Origin: Eledone cirrhosa
Lineage: Eukaryota
Length of the DNA stretch: 64,000 bases
Direction: 5' to 3'
Assembly (NCBI GenBank): GCA_964016885.1
Contig: OZ024751.1
Location: 15,810,001 to 15,874,000, forward strand
Shown: positions 42,715-55,905 of the stretch, in pieces
Numbering within the stretch: the first letter of the stretch is position 1
Layout of the letters: each line of letters starts with the position of its first letter
Program-made: the position numbers and the translations under genes
The notes under the pieces: generated by a model
The model's database searches: none
Told to the model about the DNA's origin: nothing
What the model saw: the letters and a program-made list of their open reading frames with translations, nothing else

Positions 42715-44520
42715 GTGCCAATACTGGAATTGTATAATCAAGACCGTAGCGGTATGTCATATATCAAATCATATATTTTATCTGATGAAGACGTACCGAT
42801 AAAAACAACATAGTACCTTTGAAATATATATATAATAAAGCATATTCAAAATGGCTAAGAATTGTCACGTGGCTAGTGGTCAAATCAGAAAGCTTGTGAT
42901 TAGTGCCTGTCGGCGAGTAGGCTGGTTGCTAGAAAGCGCAGCCGAATACTGCCTAAAGCTTTACTCAACCTTACGGGAGTATATAAAATTTAGAAGTTTA
43001 CATACACATATATTAGACAGAGCCATATATATATATGATAATAATGGAGCTGCGGCGTTGCAAATGGGTTACATATGAAAAAGTAAGTCCTTCATCAGTG
43101 GCCTTCCAACCGTCCTAGGCATTTCATCGCTTTAAAGGCCATATACCTCAGGTTGGTGCGAACAACGGCTAAAAAAAGTCGTTGGGACACGTAAATAAAG
43201 GGGACGCTAGGGTGAACAAACAAAATGGTTTAAGCAACAGAAAGTGAGAAGAAAGAGACAAGTCCCAGATTTCTATGAATATAAACTCGGTGAAATCGTG
43301 AACGAGAGAATAAAGACCATCAAACCTGGTTGAAATGTGAGCAAGGAAGGAATTTCGCACAGGTCTAACGGGGGGAAGAAGAAGGGGTCTGGTCTGCGAA
43401 TTCGGTAAACATAAGTTATGTGAAGTCACAGACGAGAGAGAGAGAGAGAGAGAGAGAAAAAAAATTCATACCGGCTTGGTCAAGAGCGCGCGAGAAAAGA
43501 ATTCGGACAGGTCAAACGGGAAGAAAGAGGAGGAGGAGGAGAGGTAGTGACAGAGAATGAGTGAGTGAAAGTTGAGGATGAGGCTAACAGAGAGAGAGAG
43601 ACTGCTAGAAAGGGTAAAGATACAAAGAACGAAACAGACGGGTGGCAGCAGAGGAAAAAATATAGGTGTAAATATGATGATAATGGAGCTGCGGCGTTGC
43701 AAATGGGTTACATATGAAAAAGTAAGTCCTTCATCAGTGGCCTTCCAATATATATATTTTTGGCAACCATTCACGGTGTGGCTCAATGAAGAATTAATTA
43801 ATTAAAAAGCTATCATTTATTTATCTATTATTTCTTCATAGGTATATTTCAAACTTATAGCCTCGTTTAAATGATTTTTTTGTATGGTTGATTATGCTGA
43901 TTGGGAGAAGAAATACTGTATATATTTTATCTAATGATTCTATGGACTTATTTTCTTATATATTGCTCTGATTGTTGATTATTTAATTAATTAATTCGTC
44001 ATTGAGCCACACCGTGAATGGTTGCCAAAAACATATATATCTATCTATATCTATGGCTCTGTCTAATTTATGTGTATGTAAACTTCTAAATTTTATATAC
44101 TCCTGTAAGGTTGAATAAAACTTTAGGCAGTATTCGGCTGCGCTTTCTAGCAACCAGCCTACTCGCCAACAGGCACCAATCACAAGCTTTCTGACTTGCC
44201 CACTAGCCACGTGACAATTCTTAGCTATTTTGAATTCGTTTCTGGCGGGGATCATTTAAGAAAAATCTTTGTCCAATTCAGTTTGTCTCCTGATGATTTC
44301 GAAACTCGTTGATTTATCCAAGATCGGATCTTTCCAAAAATTGAATGAAACCTCCGGGGGTAGAGATATATTTGATGATTTTGGTATGTTTATGTACACT
44401 TTTTCTTCTAACTTATGCATGGTTAACTGTATGTCTAGACAATGTCTAGACAATTTCTACAGGCCATCAGAAATACTAGGTAAATTTTCTGAGGCTGTGA
44501 ATCGCGGATAAAAAGGTATC
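42715..44520. mobile_element. Rearranged cluster of Penelope-like LTR/5' fragments, hammerhead at 42777-42839
   Basis: 42845-43030 is inverted at 44050-44235; 43746-43805 is inverted at 43983-44040; nested ~640-bp family unit at 43040-43750. Confidence 0.65.
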
Positions 44521-44767
44521 ATTTATTTATCTATTATTTCTTCGAGGTTAACTTTGTGTTTCATCCTTACGGGGTCGATAAAATAAAGTACCAGTAATAC
44601 ACTGGGTAATTGCTGGCCTTGTGCCTAACGAAGAAACAATTATTTCTTCATAGATATATTTTAAACTTATAGCCTCGTTTAAATGATTTTTTGTACGGTT
44701 GATTAGGCTGATTGGGAGAAGAAATATTGTATATATTTTATCTAATGATTCTATGGACATACTTTCT

Positions 44768-44940
<173 letters not shown>

Positions 44941-45195
44941 GTAATCAGTTATAATAAAATGGAAAATGAAATTGGTGGCTAATTAGGAAACGAACACTGC
45001 GAACGGTTGCAATGAATCAATGTATTGGGAACTAGTTAAGGGTATGACCAAGGGCGAATGATTCAGAGTCCCATTTATTAATATCTAAACTTTATAAAAA
45101 TCTTATCACATATTCTAATTAAATTGCACCAGTGGTAATCATATATATACATCTCTCTCTCTTTCTCTCTCTCTCCCGTCTCTCTTTTTATCCCC

Positions 45196-45302
<107 letters not shown>

Positions 45303-45358
45303 CACACCCACCCATATATATATATATTTTTCTCTTTCTCTCCCGTCTCTCTTTTTAT

Positions 45359-45440
<82 letters not shown>

Positions 45441-45446
45441 CCACCC

Positions 45447-45558
<112 letters not shown>

Positions 45559-45623
45559 GCATATACATATGTATGTATGTATATGTGTACATACATATAT
45601 ATATATATATATGGGTGGGTGTG

Positions 45624-45670
<47 letters not shown>

Positions 45671-45678
45671 GCATATAC

Positions 45679-45709
<31 letters not shown>

Positions 45710-45743
45710 TGTATGTATGTATGTATGTATGTATGAATGTATG

Positions 45744-45826
<83 letters not shown>

Positions 45827-46044
45827 ATATAATACTAACAATTTGAATTTTCAATATAACACAAAAACAGCTTTGGAAATATTATTAAAAATCTTCAATA
45901 TATTTTTGGTTAAGTTTACTACTTGTCAAATCATTAAAACAAATATTGGAAAATAAATTATCTTGCAACACCCCCACACACACACATACATACAAGTATG
46001 TATGTATGTATGTATGTATGTATGTATGTATGTATGTATGTATG

Positions 46045-46318
46045 TTTTCTCTTTCTCTTAATTTCGAGTATATTTTTTTGACCGGCCACCTTCCTGGTGG
46101 CAAGGTTGTAAAAGAAAAGAAATTGTCATCCCTTGAATCGCAAGAATGTTTTGCAAATTTTGAAGGTGCCAGCTACCACAGCCATTTGTAGACTATGAAT
46201 TAGGAATCTGCGCTTTTTGTCCGCAAATCCAAGTTCAGTCATACTTTGGTCCAAGCGGGTTGGTATATAACCCGTAGCACCAATAATGATGGGTATGAAG
46301 CTAAAGGTGTATCTTGGA
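46045..46318 (-). mobile_element. R4/Dong-clade subfamily 1, second 5'-truncated copy inside (TATG)n
   Basis: Near-identical to 17922-18196, same 3' junction, (TATG)n on both sides. Confidence 0.92.
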
Positions 46319-46679
46319 TGTATGTATGTATGTATGTATGTATGTATGTATGTATGTATGTATGTATGTATGTATGTATGTATGTATGTATGTATGTATG
46401 TATATATGTATGTTTGTATAAATAAATAAATTCGTGAAGGCTCGGAGTGGTTAAAGAATTGGATTCGCAATCGTGGGGCTCTGCGATGCGTTATGTCCTT
46501 GAGCAAGACACTTTATTTCACGTTATTTCACTTTATTTCACTCCTTCTGCCTGGACTTGCGGCCAACAGATAGTAGTAGTATTGGAAAGACCAATGGAAA
46601 CATTGTTTCCTCGGTCCGATTTGACGAGCTCCATCCTACTCGTTAAGCAAATGAGATCTGGAATCTTACACTCAACTTA

Positions 46680-47280
46680 TATTACACTCAACTTATAAGC
46701 CCACCTAGTTAGGGAGCCGAAATACAAATAAAATACAGAATTATTAACTCATATTGATACCCTGTATCAATATGAGTTAATAATATGAGTTAATAACTCT
46801 GTATTTTATTTGTATTTCGGCTCCCTAACTAGGTGAGCTTATAAGTTGAGTGTAATAAGGCTATTATTTCTAGCACAACCACTCATACCACGTATAGCTT
46901 ACAACCCACGAGGTGTATTTTACGCCTGTGAGTTCTTGTTAGAGGTGTTTTGTTTCATTTGATCTTATCTCTCGCTGAGGAAAGCCTACGGATTATCTGT
47001 TACAAACACAATTTTCAGGGTGAAACAGATTAAATCTCTAATCTGTCCAAGAGATGAAATGGTTATTGATACGGTCTGTATAAATTCTATATCTTACTGT
47101 CTGATTCAGATTAAATATATAAAACATTTGTGGCATTCTCTACCCTCGTAATTTTAGACACAGAATTCTCTGTGTTTATTTCTACATATATTATTATTAT
47201 ATAATGCTCAGTATTTATACTTTGAGCTTGTTAATTGCAGGGTATCAATATGAGTTAATAACTCTGTATTTTATTTGAAT
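46680..47280 (+). mobile_element. Penelope-like LTR unit with 5' inverted arm and terminal direct repeat
   Basis: 46680-46760 is inverted against 46764-46857; gtatcaatatgagttaata...tattttatttg is repeated at 47242-47277. Confidence 0.8.
46968..47055 (+). ncRNA. Type I hammerhead (CUGAGGA core)
   Basis: Stem I tctctcg/caagaga; CTGAGGA; weak stem II with long loop; GAA; stem III acagatta/taatctgt; GTC site. Confidence 0.75.
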
Positions 47281-47561
47281 ATATATATATATAGAGATAG
47301 ATATACACACACATATATATATATATATATACATATATATATTTTTTTGTATCGATCGACTTTCGTCAAATCGGACTGAGGAAACAATATTTTTGTCGGT
47401 CTTTCCAGTTGCTAATACTATCTATCGGTCGCAACTCCAGGTAGAAGGAGCAACGTGAAATAAAGTGTCTTGCTCAAGGACATAACACATCGCCCGGTCC
47501 AGGAATTGAACTCACAACCTCAAGATTGTGAATCCAACTCTCTAACCACCAGCCATACGCC

Positions 47562-47704
<143 letters not shown>

Positions 47705-47826
47705 CGAAGGAGATGTGGTAAGGAACCAGGTGGACCATAACGCACCAAAGTACTCAATACTTAGTCCAGAATTAGCCGTCGAAACGGCTTGAGCTCAGCC
47801 GTCGGGGTCTTACTCGTTCCTATATA

Positions 47827-47895
<69 letters not shown>

Positions 47896-48329
47896 GCTCA
47901 CATTTAGTGATTCGTGTATATTTATGTAATTATTCGGGAAACTGCATCGAAAGTAAACGATATGCTGAAACACATATCATCAGATATAGATTGATTTTTA
48001 AATATTTAAATATATGTATTGTCTTTAGTTAATCAAATGTCAGTACTTATATCTATATATATCTGTCTCTCTCTCTCTATATATATATATGTGTGTGTAT
48101 GTGTGTGTGTGTGTTTAATAATCAATATATTTTTATTTTCATTATTGTAGAGTCTTGCACGACACGCTTTGGGGCGTAGAGTTACAACCCTTTATATTCC
48201 CTAATTCAAATCCTGCCGAGGTAAGCTTTGATTTTCATCCTTATGAGGTCGATAAAATAAAGTACACATTTTACTCTCAATTGTCTTATAAACGATACCA
48301 TAAGGGTACAAAAACCAGTAAAAATCTTT

Positions 48330-49740
48330 GTAAAGTATTTAAATTGATAATGCCCTTCGCAGGATAAGGGAAGTGCCAGTCAGAACTATTTCTGTATCAC
48401 TTGCAAATATGGCTTTCCAGGTATCTGGTCTAAATATTTTTCAGTTCCCTTTTTTTATCATTACATGTACACCGAGTATCACAGGCTTTAAGATGCCACA
48501 TTTTCTCAATTTCAATTGTTAGATTTTTATATTTATTGAGCTTTCCAAATTCTTTCAAAGGGAATGTTATGGTGTGATGAAATGCTCATGTCAATTAAGA
48601 AACATATTTTCTCTTTATGGTCCTTCACAATCATATCAGACCCGTTGGCCTTGATTGTTCTGTCATTGTCCACACGGAGGTCCCATAGGATTGTCACATT
48701 CTCGCCTCCTGTTACTGCATCTGAGAGATGGTTGTACCATTTTCCCTCTGTTTTCAAACCATAAAACTGTAAATTTATCAGTGTAAACTCTATCGTGCCT
48801 CGTTTTATATTCCTGGGGAGTTAATAGTTTGAGCCTGAAACCAAGTGATCAATCGTCTCAACATCTCCTGTGACACTAAACTCAACCAGTTACAGACTGC
48901 GCATCATGAGATATTTTTCTCCACAAAGTTCGATCACCAGCAGCAGAATTTCAAGAGCAAAGATCAAGTCCAGTCTATAAGTTGACATTATAAAGCCATC
49001 GTTTTGGTTGCCAGCCTCTGCTTCTGTTACCAGCTAACCTTCCCTCCAAGCATAACCTACTCACTCCACGAGTTGATCTTTTTATATGACAATATAGTTT
49101 GAGTACTCTTGACTTGACAATTGATGTAATTGGTCTAAGTTTAGTAATGTTGAGCAGCTCACTGATACAGATACAGTCACTGAGCTGCTTGCCAGTCATA
49201 GTCTCATGATGTGGTTCTGGAATGTAGAGAGCTTCTGAAGTGACCTTGTCTTCCAATTAACACAGTCAAGACCATATAACACAACTGGTAGGATGTAAGT
49301 ATCAAAGATCTTAGCCTTCAAATGATAGGAAACTCATTTTCATGTTAGTACTTCCTTGTTCTTGTTGAAAGCTGCCCAACCTAGAGTGATACGTCTCAAC
49401 ATGCTCATCACTGAATCGGCACTTTAGGTCAATTTAATTTCTGATCACATTGGCTGGGTAGTTCCCCTTTGAAAGATGCTGGTCTTCTGCAGCCAAAATG
49501 AAACTCTTAGCCCAGAACTCCGCAGCCACTTATTGGGTGTGAGTTTGATCTGCATCTGGTTCTTTGATAAAAACATCTACCCATGTAGAGGTTTTTGCTC
49601 CTATTTAGTCCACATTCTCTGTTAACCTTCATGTTTTGCCAACATGTTTATGTTCTTTGGCATTAATTGCAGGATCGCCATCATTTAAAAAATGCATTCA
49701 TTCTCAATTCTTTCGCAAACTGCCTACATTTCTTTGCGAC
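48330..49740 (-). mobile_element. Old R4-clade LINE fragment with nested RTE-like piece (~48880-49420)
   Basis: WLRSSGL..FILAAEDQ, ETIDHLVSG, ILWDLRVDNDRTIKAN.SDMIV...LIDMSI. Insert reads LKLYCHIKR...LEGRLAGNRSRG..PKRW. Confidence 0.8.
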
Positions 49741-49879
49741 TGAATGTAACCTTTTCTTCCTTTCGTGATATGCGACCATTTTCATCATCTAGTCATCTGT
49801 GGTTTTAAGGTCCTGATCAGTAACACATGGGGGGTCGATTTAATCGACTTATCCCTCCCTCCAAATTACTAGAATTATT

Positions 49880-50157
49880 TTTGTTCTTTGAGTCTCAGTC
49901 ATTGATGTTATTTAACTGGAAAGTTTGTTGCAATGAATATCAAGCCGCTATCTGCAGCCTCAGATATTCAGGACGTCTCGGAGGGTTCTTGATGTTCCCA
50001 GCAAGCATGCCTTTTGAAGTGTTCCAAAAAGCGGGGCTGGACTAATCTTCTTTAACCATCCTTGGAAACTCTTTGAGATAGTACCTAGTGCGCCTATGAC
50101 AATCGGGACGACCTTGACTTCATGCCAGTTCCAAATCCCTTTTAACTCCCACTTTAT
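49880..50157 (-). mobile_element. Dong/R4 LINE 3' end
   Basis: VKVVPIVIGALG...LQKACLLGTSRTLRDVL; abuts (TAA)n. Sister copy at 57375-57614. Confidence 0.88.
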
Positions 50158-50320
50158 AATAATAATAATAATAATTATTATTATCATTATCATTTCTACT
50201 TTTGGCACAAGGCCAGCAATTATCTCAGTGCATTACTGTTACTTTATGTTATCGACCCCGTAAGGATGGAAGACAAAGCATGGCGTCCGACCCTCTACCG
50301 ATACTGCCAATCCACCGCCC

Positions 50321-50379
<59 letters not shown>

Positions 50380-50380
<1 letters not shown>

Positions 50381-51485
50381 GTCTTGCCATGGGATGGATA
50401 GACTACAAAAAGGCATTTGACATGGTGCCTCATTCTTGGATCACCAAATGCCTAGAGATCTTCAAGGTAGCAGATAACATCAGACAGTTGTTGGGCAAAA
50501 GTATGAAGTCCTGGAAAACAGAGTTAACATCAGCTGGAGAATCCTTGGGAGGCGTGAAGATCAAGAGAGGTATCTTCCAGGGAGATAGTCTGTCCCTTCT
50601 GTTGTTTGTCGTTGCCCTGATGCCCCTGACCATTATACTGCGAAAAGTGAGAGCAGGATATAAGTTGGGAAAGAGAGAGCTTATCATCAAACACCTCCTC
50701 TTCATGGACGATCTTAAGCTCTTCAGGAAGAGTGAGAAGGAGTTGGATGTGCTTGTTGACACTGTCCGTATTTTCAGCAATGATATATGTATGCAATTTG
50801 GTATTAGTAAGTGTGGAGTCCTTGGGATGAAGAGGGGTTAAATTGAGCAGAAGCAACGGAATCCAAGTACCAACAGGTGAGATGATAAAGGAAATTGACA
50901 CTGAAGAAGGATACACGTATTTGGGTGTTCTGGAGGTTGATGACATCAAGAACAGAAAAATGAAGGAATTGATAAGATCAGAATACATTCGGAGAGTAAG
51001 GAGCGTATTAAAGTCACATCTGAACAGTAGGAATGACATAAGTGCAGTAAATTCCCGAGCTGTGTCTATTATTAGGTACAGTGCGGGAATTCTGAGATGG
51101 AATGTTGCTGAACAAAAAGAAATGGATAGGAAGACTAGGAAGCTATTGACTATCTACAACATGTACCACAAGAGGAGTGATGTCGATAGACTCTACTTAA
51201 AGAGATCTGAAGGTGGAAGAGGTCTTATCAGCATAGAGGACTGTGTTCAGATGGAGAAAAACAACCTACACAAATACGTGATTGATAGTAAGGAGCCAAT
51301 GCTCAGAATTGTACTGAAAGAGAGGAAATAGACCAGGGGATGTCCCAGGAGGAAATAACAACAAGGAGAAAGAGCAGCCTTCATGAAAAATCCCTTCATA
51401 GTACCTTCTTTAAGAAAACTGAATTTAGAGATCCACAGAGATGGAACTAGTTAAAAAGAGGAGACCTTAAAAAGGCTACAGAAGA
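50380..51485 (+). mobile_element. Dong/R4 LINE RT fragment starting in (AAT)n
   Basis: WIDYKKAFDMVPHSWI, RGIFQGDSLS, HLLFMDDLKLF, YLGVLE, DRKTRKLL, RLYLKRSEGGRGL. Confidence 0.93.
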
Positions 51486-51933
51486 GATAGTATAGTGGAC
51501 ACGTTTGAAAGGGCTGAAGACGAGCACTTACCTCTTCGGTGATGCCCTGATTAACTTTTTCAAATTTCATTTGAAAAGGAAAATCAGGGTAGAGAGGGAA
51601 GTCCTCTTTTCCCAGCATTTTGTTGAAAGATGGGTGAGAGAAGCAAGTATGGCCCGAGTGAATGGGCCTACTCTGAGTATGTGTCTGTAAATTAAAGGTG
51701 GAAAACTGGGAGAGGGCACTTGCCCTGGTGGTCAGGGTCACTGTGGTCTTTTAATGGGCTTTCACCACAAATGTCCCTCGGAAGTCTCGCCCCTATTGGG
51801 GAATTTTTCTTTGTTATTTTATTACATACTCTGTTTTTTTTACACGCAGAAATGCCCATTTGTACCGTCCTGTATTGTCCTGTACTGTCCTTAATGTCTA
51901 CTTTATGTAAACCCTTGTGGTTAATAAAGAAAA

Positions 51934-51935
<2 letters not shown>
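51482..51935 (+). mobile_element. Tx1/L1-like 3' fragment with (TTA)n tail
   Basis: Matches 58145-58615. Confidence 0.88.
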
Positions 51936-51988
<53 letters not shown>

Positions 51989-53759
51989 TGTGCAACATCC
52001 AAGATTGCAATGGAAGGAGGAGACTTTAATGTCTGAAAGTCTAGTCTGGGATATGATGGATATACAGAGACATATCATAACAAGTCTAATGCGATTATAG
52101 CAACTCTGAGGCTATACATCACCCCCCCCCCCGAAAACCAGTTTACATGTTAGCAGTTCTGACAGCCAGAAACGGACATTTTATACTGTATATAAGACAT
52201 CTGATCGGCATTCTATGTTGCAATCTTGTTAGTATTGAACTTGACTATGTTATTGCAATTAATACCGGTAATGGAATCGAATGAACATCCGTCGGTTTCG
52301 ACGGTGAGTGTTCCACTTGTTCGATCCACCGAACAGATTGCTCAGATACTGCACTTTGACCATCTCCCACTGATCTTTGCATGCGAAGAATTCGCCATTC
52401 ACTGGTTGAACATGCCACAGACATGCGTAATTTAAAATAATTCTCAGAATTGGAATGACAGCAGCCTGTCTAAAGGAGCACCACGAGATGGGGTGGCTGT
52501 TGTAGTGTGTGTCGCTGGCAATTGTCTGCGGAAATGCGTTTGCCGTTTTTTTCCGAGGGGTGCAGCCAAAACACTTCTCTGACCTAGGTGTAGAGTCTGT
52601 CTCCTCTCCCCTCCCTCCTCCATTTCTCCCTCTGCCTAATTGTCTTTGCTCTTTCCTCCATTTCCTCTCATTTATAGCCCTTTCCAATACGGCTTTCTTT
52701 TTCTGTATGCTTGACTAATTTATAGTTATATTAACAATAAATAGATTTATTAAAAACCCAGAAAAAATCAACAACAATACTCAGATAGATTATTTGCGTG
52801 CTATGTGTGATAAGGCTAGCTCTTTCAAGTACAACTACTCTCCATGAGATGGCTTTCCCATCAGCCTCCATATACCTAACGTCAACCGCAATGATCATGT
52901 CAACTCAAGGCTATAGCAAACGAGAATTGTTTTCAACACACTGACGCATATGTGTATATGTGTGTGCGTGTGTGTATGTGCATATGTATACATTTATACG
53001 CATGAGTATATAAATATAAACGCGCAAACTCAGACTCACTTATAAAAATACACACTCACATTCACATAAATACACATACATTCTCACAAAAACACATACA
53101 TTCACACAAACACACAAACACATACATTTTACACAAACACACACACATGCATTCACGGAAACACACACGTACACATGCATTCATACACAGCGCAGTAAAT
53201 GGAATGCCAGCCACTGTTTTGCTATAGTTTGTCCACCATCCCCTTCCTTACTTTTACACACACACATTCACACAAACACACATTGTGTGACGGACGGACA
53301 GAAGTCGCTCAAATTTATATATAGCTGACACTTACTCGAGATGCCACGTAGCGAGATCGAATTTGAGACCTTATGATTACAAAGCGATCTTCTTAATCAT
53401 TCAGACTTGCTTGCATTGACAAATACGAATAATATTCTGCAGTTGCTGAAATCAGTTACATTCTTCCATATTATAAAAAAGTAGCATGTGCTTGTATAAA
53501 ACAATGTCTTATTCAACAGATGCTGCAATATTCATAGCAAGTGTCAAAATCACTTCAATTATCTGTACAAATGCTGTTGGAAAAGAAAAAACATAGAAGT
53601 TTTCAATTTCAGATATACTTTCGCATGTAACTTATTTAGTCTCCTAGCTAATAATTAATTATTAAATAGAAAATTGTCAGTGAACCCAAAAGTCACAATG
53701 TGATATACACTCGAGTTTCTCAATTTCTTTTTAAATAGTTGAATAACAAGTCGCCATAT

Positions 53760-53938
53760 TGGCAGTATCGGTAGAGGGTTGGACGCTATGCTTTGACACA
53801 TAGAGTTACGGCCCTTGCCATTCTGAGTTTGAATCCAGCCGAGGTTAACTTTGCCTTTCATCCTTACGGGGTCGATAAAATAAAGTACCAGTAATGCACT
53901 GGGTTATTGCTGGCCTTGTGCCAAAAAGGAGAAACAAT
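53760..53938 (+). mobile_element. SINE family A (further copies ~19075, 23985, 37045, 37555, 44542, 48160, 50192)
   Basis: Family A/B boxes and body. Confidence 0.85.
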
Positions 53939-54504
53939 TATAACTTAACTTATTAGACTTTCCTTATTGTCTCTCAAAGAAAACATATCAATTAGGCAAG
54001 CTTGCTACTTTGACTGGATATATTATATCGACTAAAGTCTTATATTAAAGTGAACTCTACTTTTTATAAATATTGTTCGGATAAAATATTGAGGGAATCT
54101 CTTAATGTATTTCGCTGAACCTGGTAGCTAAATACTCCACCAAACTAAACCACGCCATAAATACTTTAAAAAGGAGAAAGTTACAATTTGAGGGTCGGCT
54201 GAAAAGTGAATAGGCTGAAAGGTTTATAGGCTGACCAAGATACTCTCATGGGATGACCAAATGAGGTTTACTTTTTATCATAGTCCTTGGAAAGAAACAA
54301 TTCAGTTATTAATAAGAAAAGTTGAAATTAATGCATGCAAGATTTCAAAGCACTAGCATCACTCCTCCATAGACAACCAATGGACATTTCAGCCAACCCT
54401 CGAATGTGTAGTAGAGGACTATATTCCATTAATGATCGCTATAGTTTTATTTCGTTATAATTCAAATGCAAATTGTGAATGCACATGCTTCTTTTTATAT
54501 CAAA

Positions 54505-54535
<31 letters not shown>

Positions 54536-54592
54536 TGTATGTATGTATGTATGTATGTATGTATGTATGTATGTATGTATGTATGTATGTAT

Positions 54593-55180
54593 GTGCTACT
54601 GTAACATGTATCCCAGTACAACCTGTCTCATGGTCGGGTCGTTGGCGACTAAACTGGCAACCCCACCAAGGTTTCTTGGTGAGGAGGGTGACTTTGGACA
54701 TCCTGCAGGACTAAAAACAAAACCTGTCAAAGGGAAAAGGAGCTCTTAAGAGTCAATGGCCATCCAAAATCACCGGGAGAGATGACCCCTTAGCCTTTGT
54801 CAAGGCAGAATTCTAGGAGAAGGAAAACTCTGATATAACACCTGCAACCCTGATGGTATCCAATGATGTTGACTTGTTCTTCTTTTTGGTAAATATTGTC
54901 TTGGTTAAGAGAGTGGGACTGGCTTTGTGCAGTGCCTTTGCTCACTATAAAAGCTTCACGGCACAGGCATTGCTTTATATCTGGAGATATCTCTGCACTT
55001 GTCGTCACATGGTACCATGGGCCCAGCACTATGTGTCAATAATTGTCACAAGTGTAGAGTTTGTACCAGAGTTTTCAAGTCGCTGGCTGGACTAAAAAGT
55101 CACACTCGTTCAGCGCATCGGTAGGGGTTCTCCTACATGGATATAAAGTAGTGGCCGTACTCGAAAACGAGTTGGCAGCC
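54593..55180 (+). mobile_element. Non-autonomous RTE derivative, copy 3
   Basis: (TATG)n flanks; encodes HKCRVCTRVFKSLAGLKSHTRSAHR* at 55047-55124. Confidence 0.9.
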
Positions 55181-55204
55181 TGTATGTATATATATATGTT
55201 TATA

Positions 55205-55461
55205 TCGGAGTTATCCCAGTTTCCTGAGTTGTCTTCTCCTAGAAGAATTCCCTGACAAAGGCTCAGTAGTTACCGATGATGTTGATCTTTTCTTCTTTTC
55301 GGCTTATAGCTACTGTCGCTCAGAGAGTGGGACTGGCTCAGTGCACAGTCTTTCCTCACTTTAAAAAGAATCTTCACACCCAGGCATTGCACGATAGAAT
55401 TAATTAATAATTATTAATAATGTTATATCGTGCAATGGTCATACTCGATAACGAGGGGGAA

Positions 55462-55492
<31 letters not shown>
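55205..55492 (+). mobile_element. Second bipartite RTE derivative with 5' inversion and (ATC)n tail
   Basis: 55275-55390 is homologous to the 5' module, 55428-55465 is the RTE terminus, and 55234-55263 is an inverted piece. Confidence 0.7.
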
Positions 55493-55527
55493 TATATGTA
55501 TGTATATATATATGTATGTATATATAT

Positions 55528-55608
<81 letters not shown>

Positions 55609-55637
55609 CATATGTATGTATATATATATATGTATGT

Positions 55638-55673
<36 letters not shown>

Positions 55674-55759
55674 TTGTATGTATATATGTATGTATATATA
55701 TATGTATGTATATATATATATGTATATATATGTATGTATGTATATATATGTATGTATGT

Positions 55760-55793
<34 letters not shown>

Positions 55794-55851
55794 GTATATA
55801 TATATATTATGTATGTATGTATATATATGTATGTATGTATATATATATATG

Positions 55852-55890
<39 letters not shown>

Positions 55891-55905
55891 GTATATATAT
55901 GTGTA

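Noticed and set aside
52259-52435. ORF 52259-52687
   Set aside because: It overlaps SINE-3'-like and dispersed repeat sequence; no protein motif.
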